Origin: an uncultured Thermoplasmatales archaeon
GTDB lineage: Archaea > Thermoplasmatota > Penumbrarchaeia > Penumbrarchaeales > Penumbrarchaeaceae
Direction: 5' to 3'
NCBI GenBank assembly: GCA_964563055.1
Contig: CAZLVP010000014.1
Span: 4,537-68,536, forward strand
Length of the DNA: 64,000 nucleotides
The notes under the pieces are model-generated. The model saw only the letters and a list, made by a program, of their open reading frames with translations, did not search any database and was not told where the DNA came from. The first letter of the stretch is position 1. Each line of letters starts with the position of its first letter. Below, one piece after another: positions 17,958 to 28,200 of the stretch. The position numbers and the translations under genes are program-made.

Positions 17958-20900
17958 GTGATTAGCATGTCAATGCCCCTGAGATCAGCCATGGTCCCAT
18001 TGCTATCGGTCATTGTTCTTATCGGAGCATCGCTCTCTATCCTCGTGTCATCCACTAATGTTACCGGAGGTGTGTCCTATGAAGGCGCAGGACCAGGGCC
18101 GTTAACCGATGATGCGGCCGGTCCATCTAGCAGGTTCGGATGGAACGTTCTTCTTGAGGATAGCTTCGAGTTCGCTCTCAACTCGACCACCGACCTCAGG
18201 CTGGAATATGATCCCGTTAATGTCCAGTTGAACAGGACCGGCTCCCTCGACCCCTACATAGCCCACAATTCCACAGTGAGAGATGCTATAGACAGGGCTC
18301 CCCAATGGCTCAATCTCACCCTTTCCTGGAGGTTCCACGAGATCTATCCGTATTACTTGAACAGGTACATCGACCTCCTGACGAACACGACCATTGACCC
18401 CAGATATCTTGATGAGCTCGCGTTCCTGATAGCCTTCCTCCCAGAGTATTACATCAACTCCTACTTGCTCACCGGCCCCCTCCTTCTCGAGAACGTCGAG
18501 ATGATGTACGTGGTGTCCTCCGATGTGAGCTATTGCGACATCGTGGATGTCCAGAAGGCCGACGGGCAGCATTCGACCGTCATCTACGCAACGCCCTCTG
18601 GGAACATCACGCTCCCGGAGGAGGTATATTATTGGTACCTGGTCATGCCCAGGAGCGAACTTGAGACCCCTTCCTACATAGACCTTTCCAACTTCAGGAA
18701 GACAATAGACCCGAACGGCGCCTTCTGGAGAAGCTTCCTTTACACCGCGGATGACCCAGGCTATCCTGTTCTGAAGGACCTCCTATCCAAACAGACCACC
18801 CTCTGGAACGGGACGAAGAACCAGATGGAAGGCAATGGGGCAGTAGGTGCCGTCACGTTCTGGGCAAATAGCTGCATCATGTTCCGTTATGAGGACGGTA
18901 TGAGAAGGGACCACCAGCCCGTATCCCTCTACAAGCAGCACTTCGGTCTCTGCGGCGAGAACGCCGAGGTGCTTGTAGCTGCGGCCAAGACGGCCCTCAT
19001 ACCCGCGGTGGTTACCATCACCTTCGAGGGCATGCATGCATGGAACGAGTTCTACGAGAGGGGATGGCACCAGTGGCAGGCCTACAGCGGTCATATAGAT
19101 GACCCTATGGCCGAGGGTGCTCCCGGTTCGGTCTCGGTCTTCACCAGCTTCAATGGGGATATGTCCCAGTTCAGCGCCACACCGGGTTATACGACCACCA
19201 CAACCCTCAGGGTCCGGGTCAAGGACGCTCAGGGTATGCCCGTCGATGGCGCTATGGTGAGGTTGACCTCACAGTCAACGATGAACAACCCGTTCATAAT
19301 ACCCCTTATCGGGAACCTTACGGACGTCAGGGGGGAGACGACCTTCGTAGTAGGCTCGGGGCGTGCATACTTCCTTCAGGTCCTGAGCCCAATAGGTCTC
19401 TTCGGGAACGAGACCGACCCCCTTGTCCTAGCATTTCCGTTCACCCCTTCGGGCCAGACCCTCGAGTTCAATGCAACTTTGACACAGAGCATGCCATTGA
19501 GGGTAGACCTCTCAAAAGTACAAGGACCGGGAAGTGAGATCGCCTTCAGGGTGACCCTGGAGGACATCGTTCAGCTCACCGAGGCATGGACCGATCCCAT
19601 GAACTATGGAGTGGACCACTGGAGGTCCTACCCTGACAGGACCTCATTGACATTCTACTTCCTTGACCAAGAGAACCTGTCCCTTTACAGATCAGGTTCT
19701 CAGTTCGTCCCCGGAGCGGTACTTACGCTCACAGGGAATGCGACCGGAACTGTGACCCTCGGTCCAGGTAGGGAATGGACTATAGTGGCCACCGGTCTCT
19801 CGCTGCCAATGACAAGGACCCTTGCTAGGATCATGGTCGAGGTCCTTCAGCCGGTCCCCAGTGCAAGGATATTGAGCCCTCTGCCAGGGACCTATTCGAC
19901 CGAGGAACCCATCTCCTTTTCCGGTCAGGTCGAGCCTCCAGGACCTTATCTACAGGGGATGATGTACATCTGGTCCTCGGACCAGGACCCTGACCCTCTA
20001 TCTGACTCCAAGAGCTTCCAAGCCACTTTGGGTGAGGGGGAGCATAATATCACCTTCATGGCCTGGAACGGGACAGGCATAGTCTCCAAGGCCTATGTGG
20101 ACATTCTGGTCGTGAGGCCGAACCACCCTCCAAAGGCCGTGATCTCGTCCCCAAAGAACGGCTCGGTCTTCCAGCAGGGAGAGATCGTTCGATTCCTTTC
20201 CAACGGCTCCTACGACCCGGACCAGGACATTATCGAATTCCTCTGGTCTGAGGAAGGGGGAGCGGAGCCCCTCTCTTACGATCAAGGGTTCGAAAGGGCC
20301 TTTACGACCGGGACCCATAATGTGACCCTAACGGTCCTGGACCCGTTCCAACTGGGTTCCAGCGCAACGGTCACATTTTCGGTGGTACCGCTGAACAACC
20401 CTCCCGTTCCATATATCATGTCCCCTAAGCCCTGGACGGTCCATACTTTGGGCGAACCGGTCCTGCTGTCGGCCAATGGGACCTTCGACCTCGATGGCGA
20501 CCCTCTCAATTACTCTTGGAACAGCTCCAAGGACGGTCCCCTTAGCTCATCGAAGGAGGATTTGGTCCTCCTTACGGAGGGCTACCATACCATAACGCTC
20601 TCCGTCTTCGATGGAAGACATGTAAGGGAGACCGATGTTAGCATCGATATTGCACCATCAGAGCCTCCCCGTAATCGGCCGCCGGTCGCGGTCATAAGCT
20701 CGCCGGGGGACGGGGACAGTTTCTACGTCTCAGATGATATATCCATCACATCGGAAGGAACCTTTGACCCCGAAGGCACCCCGATAAGTTACCATTGGAC
20801 CATCAACAGGGAACCTGTTTCGACCATGGATGCCCTGACCATGAAGCTCGAGGCCGGGATATGGACCTTGGCCCTCAATGTATCCGATGGTGAACTGTGG

Positions 20901-21383
20901 GGTGTGGACTCCGTTACAATAATCGTATACGACCGCTCTCCTATCGTGGTCCTCAAGGTGAACGGGACCATCTGGCAGGAGAGCACTGAGGTCAGGACCT
21001 TCGAGAAGGACCAAATGGTCCTGGATGCGTCCGGTTCCTACGATCCTGACGGGACCGAACTGACCTTCGATTGGACCATCAACGGGACCATCCTCTTCTC
21101 CGGTCCTATCTGGACAAGGAACTTCACCGCCGACCTTTATATCATCCAGGTCCTCATCAAGGACGGAGGTGGTAGGTCAGCATCATTTACGCTCCAGCTC
21201 CGGTCCCTGGACAAGGGCAGCGGTCCCCAACCTCCGGAAGATGGAGCGGGCCCCGAAGAGAAGGGCCTCCCGGCCTTGGCAATGGTCGCCATAGGAACGA
21301 TCCTTCTCTCGATGGTGGTGATAGCGATCTTGTTCGTATTATCGAGGAGGATGAAGAGGTCGGGTGCGGTTTGGGAGGATTGA
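17958..21383 (+). CDS. Large surface protein: transglutaminase-like cysteine-protease core plus multiple PKD/Ig-like repeats and a C-terminal TM anchor
   Basis: Signal peptide. GLCGENAEVLVAAAKTALIPAVV...HAWNEFYERGWHQW is a transglutaminase-like core with Cys and His present. Repeated xSYDPDxD...FxW PKD-type modules. C-terminal TM plus basic tail. Confidence 0.55.
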   Translation: MISMSMPLRSAMVPLLSVIVLIGASLSILVSSTNVTGGVSYEGAGPGPLTDDAAGPSSRFGWNVLLEDSFEFALNSTTDLRLEYDPVNVQLNRTGSLDPYIAHNSTVRDAIDRAPQWLNLTLSWRFHEIYPYYLNRYIDLLTNTTIDPRYLDELAFLIAFLPEYYINSYLLTGPLLLENVEMMYVVSSDVSYCDIVDVQKADGQHSTVIYATPSGNITLPEEVYYWYLVMPRSELETPSYIDLSNFRKTIDPNGAFWRSFLYTADDPGYPVLKDLLSKQTTLWNGTKNQMEGNGAVGAVTFWANSCIMFRYEDGMRRDHQPVSLYKQHFGLCGENAEVLVAAAKTALIPAVVTITFEGMHAWNEFYERGWHQWQAYSGHIDDPMAEGAPGSVSVFTSFNGDMSQFSATPGYTTTTTLRVRVKDAQGMPVDGAMVRLTSQSTMNNPFIIPLIGNLTDVRGETTFVVGSGRAYFLQVLSPIGLFGNETDPLVLAFPFTPSGQTLEFNATLTQSMPLRVDLSKVQGPGSEIAFRVTLEDIVQLTEAWTDPMNYGVDHWRSYPDRTSLTFYFLDQENLSLYRSGSQFVPGAVLTLTGNATGTVTLGPGREWTIVATGLSLPMTRTLARIMVEVLQPVPSARILSPLPGTYSTEEPISFSGQVEPPGPYLQGMMYIWSSDQDPDPLSDSKSFQATLGEGEHNITFMAWNGTGIVSKAYVDILVVRPNHPPKAVISSPKNGSVFQQGEIVRFLSNGSYDPDQDIIEFLWSEEGGAEPLSYDQGFERAFTTGTHNVTLTVLDPFQLGSSATVTFSVVPLNNPPVPYIMSPKPWTVHTLGEPVLLSANGTFDLDGDPLNYSWNSSKDGPLSSSKEDLVLLTEGYHTITLSVFDGRHVRETDVSIDIAPSEPPRNRPPVAVISSPGDGDSFYVSDDISITSEGTFDPEGTPISYHWTINREPVSTMDALTMKLEAGIWTLALNVSDGELWGVDSVTIIVYDRSPIVVLKVNGTIWQESTEVRTFEKDQMVLDASGSYDPDGTELTFDWTINGTILFSGPIWTRNFTADLYIIQVLIKDGGGRSASFTLQLRSLDKGSGPQPPEDGAGPEEKGLPALAMVAIGTILLSMVVIAILFVLSRRMKRSGAVWED

Positions 21384-21390
21384 CGGGTCC

Positions 21391-22278
21391 TCAGGTACGG
21401 GCATCATGGACCTCGAGCATGTGGTCAGGACCGTACCGTTCCTTGACGTTCCTGAGGCCCTCTATGCCCATGTCCGATTCCCTGTTGATGTAGGTATATC
21501 TTCCCCTCAGGTGGTTGGCCGCTGCGTTGTTTATGGCCTGATATAGGCCGGTCATCCCCTGATCGGCCTTCTCGTAGTGGATGACGACCATATCACTGGT
21601 CATCTCCTCGAAGATCGAGAAGGCCTCGACCCTTCCGCGGACCCTGACGACCAATCCACCCATTCCTAGCTCCTCCAAGTGATCAAGGGCAAGATGGTTC
21701 GCCTCCCGTTCATGGAGCAGGAACACCTCATCCTTGCACCCCCTTTGAACACACCATCGGGTGAGGAAGTCCTTGACATCTTCGATATTTCCCCCATCGA
21801 TGCTTTCGACCGAATGTTCGTTCTCACGCCTGAACTTGTTCAGGTAGTTCCTGACGTTCAAGTATCTTTTTCCTGAAAGGTCGGCAAGTGCCGATGATAG
21901 ATAGACGTATTCGAAATAGTCCCTGTGAGGAACGAATTCTAGCTCCGGTCTAGCTTTCTTTGCCCAAGTGAGGGTATTCGTTCCGACCATGGACAGACCA
22001 AGGTCGAGCTTGAGTTCCCTTGAAAGACGGATGATATCATCGAGCAGCTCCAGGTCGGGAGGACCAACCGGGGGTCTAATCAACCTTCTGCCATCATGTT
22101 CTGTCATTATTACGAGCGAATCCCCTGCCCAGGCCTTGGAATAGGACATGTAGTTCCCCCATGAGAGCATGGTCCCAGGCAGGTAATCAGAGTGCTCTGG
22201 AGGATAGTTACGATAATGTGACCTGATATCATTGATATCATCGAAGGTCACGGGTGTGAAATCCATTAACGATATCAT
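21391..22278 (-). CDS. DUF2156-like protein (MprF C-terminal lysyl-transferase-like acyltransferase fold); start reassigned to the ATG overlapping the GNAT stop
   Basis: LNVRNYLNKFRRE motif and length typical of the family. The ATGA start/stop overlap at 22275-22278 removes the 108 nt overlap implied by the longest ORF. Confidence 0.5.
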   Translation of the reverse strand: MISLMDFTPVTFDDINDIRSHYRNYPPEHSDYLPGTMLSWGNYMSYSKAWAGDSLVIMTEHDGRRLIRPPVGPPDLELLDDIIRLSRELKLDLGLSMVGTNTLTWAKKARPELEFVPHRDYFEYVYLSSALADLSGKRYLNVRNYLNKFRRENEHSVESIDGGNIEDVKDFLTRWCVQRGCKDEVFLLHEREANHLALDHLEELGMGGLVVRVRGRVEAFSIFEEMTSDMVVIHYEKADQGMTGLYQAINNAAANHLRGRYTYINRESDMGIEGLRNVKERYGPDHMLEVHDART

Positions 22279-22712
22279 TTGGACCGCCCCCCCTTGTAAA
22301 GCATGGGCCTCCCGGGGAATGGGGCGAATCCCAAACCGGTATAGAACTCCTCCGTCCCCTCCTCGGCTATGAGACCGATCCAAACCAGTCCCATCTTCAG
22401 GCCCGCATCGATAAGCTCCCTGACCATGAGTGCCCCAAGCCCCTTCCCCCTATGTTCGGGAAGGATGACCAGGTCCTGGATGTAGCCATCACTTGCTCTG
22501 TCGGATATCAATCTCCCCATCCCGATGGCCCTTTTCGACCGACCGTCGTAGGCTATGACGAAATCGGCGCTCCCCTTAATTAGATCAGGTATCCCCGAAG
22601 GGTCATATTCGTCCTTCCACCAATTACCTGCTCTATAGAGACCTACAACCTCATCGATAGGCCACTCCTTCACATGGAGCATTTCGATATCCGTTCCCTC
22701 GGTCCTAACCAT
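22275..22712 (-). CDS. GNAT-family N-acetyltransferase
   Basis: IQDLVILPEHRGKGLGALMVRELID is an acetyl-CoA binding motif (Q/RxxGxG/A). Start placed at Met 22712 to avoid overlap with the protease gene. Confidence 0.65.
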   Translation of the reverse strand: MVRTEGTDIEMLHVKEWPIDEVVGLYRAGNWWKDEYDPSGIPDLIKGSADFVIAYDGRSKRAIGMGRLISDRASDGYIQDLVILPEHRGKGLGALMVRELIDAGLKMGLVWIGLIAEEGTEEFYTGLGFAPFPGRPMLYKGGRSK

Positions 22713-22738
22713 CGGTCGATCTCCGTTACTTGATGATC

Positions 22739-25015
22739 TCAAGGGGTAGAAACCCTCTTTCGCCTCTTCCAAAGGAAGAATAGGGCAATGGATGAGATGA
22801 TCACGATAAGGAACAGTAGGAACAGTAGTAACGGTGGACCTTCTCCCTCATCGCCCCCTCCTCTTTCGTCCTGGGGGAGCTCCAGCTGCCTCAACCGATA
22901 TACGAAGACCTCGATGTTGGAAGGCGATCCCATTGTCTCGACCGCTTCATCGGGCATGATAGGCGAGTGGACGGCGTTCTGGTCCATAGCCAGTTGGGTC
23001 CCGTTCCCTCCCAGGTCGAACCTTACGGACATGTCATATTCGAGCCGGAACTCGACATAGTTCGTTCCCTGTAACGGTCTTGGGGCCTTGAGGCCTCTCC
23101 CGACCACTCCGAACGTCCAGACCTCCCCTGGGGTCGCATCGAGCTCCAGGGTGTCCACGCCCCCGTCAAGGAAGGACAGGGTGCTTTGGTGGTCCGTCCC
23201 CCCATCACCATTGGTATCTATCGTGAAGGAGAGGTCCCCGGCCTTGAACTCGGTAAGGTCAAGCCCTCTGTAGGTCATGGTAACCGTTGCCTTGGTGGCG
23301 CCTTGGGGCACGTTCACGTATTTGGTCTGGTTCACGAGAGAGAGCGGGTTCATGGCCTGATCGTTGTAGCGTGAATACTCCCCCGACCATTGGGCCAATG
23401 CAGCGGCAGCCCCTACGAGGGCGGTATCGGAGACACTTTGCTCGTCGTAGGCCTTGATGGCGTCCAGTACCGTTATCTGGCCGGGGTTGGCGCACATCCG
23501 CCTGAGCCTCTCCAGGGTCAGGGCTATGCCGACCGCCCTGTGAGCGTCAACGATGCCGTAGCCCTGCACGTAATCTATGGGCTTCCCGCCCCACCCTGTC
23601 GAATCCGTGTCCCCTGCAACGTTACCGCTCTCGGGCGTCGGGGGAAGGAACCTTGCCGAGGCCTCCAGTATCCATTCGACCTCGTGTATGCGGGTATTGG
23701 GGTTCCCGTACCACCACTCAGGGTCGTCCCCCGAGTAGTCCTCATGGAGTCCCGAGACCTTCATGGAAGGGGCGGCCTGCCAGAGGAGGGCAACGAGCCC
23801 CGCTACGTGCGGGGTCGACATGGATGTCCCGCTTATCGCCAGGTAGTAAGGGTTCGTGTTGCCTCCGAAATAGGTACCGGAGCTGATGACGGTCCTCCTT
23901 GCAGAGCACGACCAGATGGTCCTTCCCGGGGCTCCCACATCAGGATAGGTATGGTTGGCTCCGACCCTTCCCCTTGATGAGAAATCTGTAACGGCCGAGC
24001 CATCCCTCTCATAGGCTGCGATCATGACCGCTATGGGGGTGTTGCCCTGGCCGGACGTGGTAAGCTCATTGCCCTCAGGGTCGTCCCTACCGTCGTTGCC
24101 AGCGGACCAAGTGGAGACGACGTTGTTCTCGAAAGTGATCTTCTCTATGACCTTCGTTAGGGCAGATTCAGGGTCATACTCCGTGACGGTGGAGTGCCAT
24201 GAGTTGGTCACGACCCTTATATTATGGGGGTTGGACCCGGGTCTCGAGTTAAGATATACCCATTCCAGTCCCTGGATGTAGCCGTCCTCGGTCGGTGTTG
24301 TGGCCGATTCGGGGGTGGAAATGGTCACACCTATGAGGTTCGCCCCCGGAGCGACCCCTCTTCTTGCACCAGCCGAGGCATCGCCGTTGCCTGCAACTGT
24401 GCCTGCAACATGGGTCCCATGGCCGTAGTTCACGTCGGTGTTCTCCGCCTCGATCCATATGTTGTTACCTGCATCATAGACGTTGACAACGGTCTTGGTG
24501 CCGTAGTCAAGGTCGGGGTGCCCTGCGTCTATCCCGGTGTCAACGACCGCCACCGTGACCCCCGTGCCGTCCACTGGACCCTGAAGGCCCAGCGGCAGGT
24601 CCCTCAATGAGGACCAGACCTTTGTTGCGTTTATGACCTTGGTCCCCATCTCCATGTCATTCACGACCTGGTCATTGTTCTCGACATACGCAAGTCGGTC
24701 CCAGGACCTGAGCACCTCAAGACCGGCCCTTGGCCCCCTCACCGATACGGCATCTAGGGTCGTAAAGGTCCTTTTTAAGATGAAGCCAAGGTCCGATAGT
24801 CGCCCCAGGTCACGATCTGTCGGAGGTCCGCGAAATCTTAGGATGAGGTCCAGCTCCGCCCCTTCGTCCTCAAGGACCCTGTCCAGGTCCTTGGACAGTA
24901 AAGGCCGCGGTCCGGTGATCTCTCTACCGGGCGCCTCACCTATGCTGAGAGCTCCGGTGAGCATAGGCGCCATAAGGATGAAGGTCAAAAACCCAAAGAG
25001 GACCTTGCGGACCAT
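22739..25015 (-). CDS. Secreted subtilisin-like serine protease (peptidase S8) with C-terminal TM anchor
   Basis: Catalytic triad motifs VAVVDTGID (Asp), HGTHVAGTVAG (His), GTSMSTPHVAG (Ser). Signal peptide from MVRKVLFGFLTFILMAPML. C-terminal hydrophobic helix plus KRRKR. Confidence 0.8.
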   Translation of the reverse strand: MVRKVLFGFLTFILMAPMLTGALSIGEAPGREITGPRPLLSKDLDRVLEDEGAELDLILRFRGPPTDRDLGRLSDLGFILKRTFTTLDAVSVRGPRAGLEVLRSWDRLAYVENNDQVVNDMEMGTKVINATKVWSSLRDLPLGLQGPVDGTGVTVAVVDTGIDAGHPDLDYGTKTVVNVYDAGNNIWIEAENTDVNYGHGTHVAGTVAGNGDASAGARRGVAPGANLIGVTISTPESATTPTEDGYIQGLEWVYLNSRPGSNPHNIRVVTNSWHSTVTEYDPESALTKVIEKITFENNVVSTWSAGNDGRDDPEGNELTTSGQGNTPIAVMIAAYERDGSAVTDFSSRGRVGANHTYPDVGAPGRTIWSCSARRTVISSGTYFGGNTNPYYLAISGTSMSTPHVAGLVALLWQAAPSMKVSGLHEDYSGDDPEWWYGNPNTRIHEVEWILEASARFLPPTPESGNVAGDTDSTGWGGKPIDYVQGYGIVDAHRAVGIALTLERLRRMCANPGQITVLDAIKAYDEQSVSDTALVGAAAALAQWSGEYSRYNDQAMNPLSLVNQTKYVNVPQGATKATVTMTYRGLDLTEFKAGDLSFTIDTNGDGGTDHQSTLSFLDGGVDTLELDATPGEVWTFGVVGRGLKAPRPLQGTNYVEFRLEYDMSVRFDLGGNGTQLAMDQNAVHSPIMPDEAVETMGSPSNIEVFVYRLRQLELPQDERGGGDEGEGPPLLLFLLFLIVIISSIALFFLWKRRKRVSTP

Positions 25016-25234
25016 GTGATGTGAACCCTGCCCCAGGCAATTAAATGTTTTCGTTGAAGGGGTCTGGACATGCGGCAATTCCAGTTTAGGCCCAAAACAG
25101 GTTCCCTCTATAGGTTATATATATATGTATGGATGCAATACAGTCTACGAGCACGATCGGGATGGGGTCTCGCTCTGGGAACGGACATCAGAGAACTTTG
25201 AGCATTGGGTCTAAAGGGCAATGGTGAAGGGTAG

Positions 25235-28200
25235 ATGCACCTTAAAGAGGTCCAGATGGAGAACTTCAAGACCTTCAGGAAGAAGGTCACGGTCCCCTTC
25301 TACAAGGGTTTCACAGGGGTCACCGGACCCAACGGGTCCGGAAAGTCGAACATCGCCGATGCCATACTTTTCGTCCTGGGACCAAGGAGTTCCAAGATGG
25401 TCCGGGCCAAGAAGCTATCTGACCTGATCTTCCATGGTAATGACAGCTTCAAAGCGGCCAAAGAGTGCAGGGTCACTTTGATATTCGATAATGCCGACAG
25501 GGTGATACCTGTCGATACCGACGAGGTCTCCCTCAGGAGGGTCCTCAGGATATCGGTGACCGATCCGAACAATACCCTATCATATTTCTATGTCAACGGA
25601 AGGTCATCTTCACAGTCGGAGTTCGAGAACATACTTGTGCATGCCCACCTTTCCGCTGAAGGCTACAACATCGTCCTTCAGGGGCAGATCAACGAGTTCA
25701 TAAGCAAGACCCCTCAGAAGGTGAGGGAAGAGATAGACGATATTGCGGGTATCAGGCGATATGACGAGGAGATAAGGGCCTCCCTCCAGAAGAAGCAGTC
25801 CACCACGGAGAACATGGAGAGGATCGGCTGGTCGCTCGATTTCATCAAGGGGCGGCTCCGCGAGCTCAAGAAGGAGAAGGAGGAGGCGGAGAAGTACAGG
25901 GACGCACAGGTGCAGATAAGCAAAGCGAAGGCCACTCTCCTTTCGGTCCAAAGGACCTCCATAGAGGGAGAGCTCGAGGGTTACCAGAAGGCCATCTCAG
26001 GCTCGGAGAGGAGAAAGATAGAGCTTCGACAGGAGATGGAGGTCCTGGAGGGAGAGAGGCAGAGGAACGAGGAGGAATCCACAAAGGTCGGTAAGGAGAT
26101 AGATGAGATCACCGGGGAGGAGGGGCGAAGGCTCAAGGAGAAGATGGATACGGCCAAGCTCGAGATGCTAAGGGCCAAGGATGTCATGGCCTCTGCACAG
26201 GAGGCCGTGGTAGAGCTCGAGACCGAGAAGGGTTCAAGGCACCATGAGATCAAGGACATCAAAAGGAAATCATTGTCCTTGGCCAAGGAAGAGGAGAAGG
26301 CCTCTGCAGAGGTCGCAAAAATGACCGAGGAGATAGGCTCCTGCAGGTCCGACATTGAGGGAATAGAGAAGGAACTGGAACGGAACGACTCGGACATCCT
26401 TGAGCTGAGAAGGGAGTTGGCACTTGCCTCTAAGAGGGTTGAGACCGTAAGGGACAACAGGGGAGAAAGGCTCATAGAGCTGGACAGGGCACGGGCCTCT
26501 CTCGAGGCAAAGAGGACCGCCCAAGCGGACCTGGACCAGCTGATATCGACGCTGGAGTACGAGGTCAAGGACCTTTCCCAGAAACTGAAGGAATCGAGCA
26601 GCAGGTCGCCCGAGGAAATGGTAAAAACCCTACAAGGCCAGTTCATGCAGGCAAGGGCGGCCGAGAAGGAGCTCGGGTCCAGGATGAAGGAGCTGGACCG
26701 TGAGATCACTGCGCTTAACAGGACATACACCCAGATGAAGCTCGAGCTCGAGGCCAACGAGAAGCTTTCCAAGGGTGTGGGCATGGCGGTCGATGAGGTC
26801 CTTACCGCAAGGGACAAGGGTGAGATCAAGGGGATAATCGGTACGATTGGCGAGCTGGGGAACGTCCCGGAAGAGTACTCGTTGGCACTGGAGATAGCGG
26901 CCGGTGGGAGGATCTCCGCCGTGATCGTGGAGGACGATGAGGTCGCAGCCAACTGCATTGAGAGGCTCAAGAGGAAGGGGAGGGGTAGGGCGACCTTCCT
27001 CCCCCTGAACAAGGTATCATCGAAACGTCCAGGCGCCAAGGCGTTGATGATCAAGGACGACCCCCACGTCATAGGACTGGCCGTGGACCTTGTGAAGTTC
27101 GATGCGAGGTACAGCGGCGCCTTCAACTGGGTCTTCGGCGACACGGTGGTGGTCGATGACCTGTCGGCCCTGAGGAGGCTCATGGGCGGTGTCAGGATTG
27201 TGACCACGCATGGTGAACTTGCCGGGGCGGGGGGTGACATCACCGGCGGGTCCATTGCCGATAGGAAGGAGGGTTCCGGCTTCGGGAAGAGGTCAAGGAG
27301 GGAGTTGGAGGGCATATCCATTAAGCTCCAGGGTCTGATGGCAGAATCCGAGCAGCTTACCGTGGAACTGAACGAGGCCAGGGAACGGGCGAACACCCTT
27401 GAGATGGAGATACGCAAGCAGAACTCGGAGCGTGAGGACAGGGAGTCCAGATTAAAGAGGATAAAGGAAGGCCTGGACTCGTCCGGGACATCGCTTTCGG
27501 AGAAGAAGGGGGAGAGAGCGGCCCTAATGGAAGAGATAGCCTCGATCGGTGCGGCCATTGGCGGGCTAGAGACCGACTGTGTCTCAATGGAGGCCGACCT
27601 GAAGAAGGCCACTGAGGACCGAGATTCCCTGCAGGGAAGTTTGGAAAGGGCGACCCCAAGGTCCATGCGGGAGAGGTTGAAGGAGCTGAGGGACAGGCTC
27701 GACGCGCTCTCCGCGAAGAGGTTGGAACAAACGGGTATAAGGGAATCATCAAGGTCCCAGCAGGAGCTCTTCAGGGGAAGGACCAAGGAGCTAGAGGTGC
27801 GGCTTGGCGAGATCGATGCAGCGGTCCTGGCCGCCAAGAAGGAGATGGAAGAAGCAAAGGCCAGACATGAGCGGTTCGAGATAGAATGGAAGGCCCTTGA
27901 GACAGTGATAATGCGCATCGATGAGAGGACCAAAGGGCTATATGAGAGGTTGAACGAGCTCACCAGGGAGAACGAGAGGGTGCTCTCGCAGAGGGAGAGG
28001 GCCCGTAACGATATCATGGTCCAGGACCAGGTCATAATCACGCAGAGGACGAACATCAGGGTAGCGGAGGAAAAGCTATCTGACGTCATGAGGGAGCTCC
28101 AGGCCTTCAAGGACGTGGAGCTGCTGGAGAGGCCTTTTCCGACCGAGAGGGACCTCCAGAGGAAGGTCAGGGAGCTCGAGACCATCCTTGAGAACGCTGG

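Noticed and set aside
23390-23977. 195-aa plus-strand ORF within the subtilase gene
   Set aside because: It lies opposite the S8 protease catalytic motifs, has G/P/R-rich composition and no motif. It is a shadow ORF.
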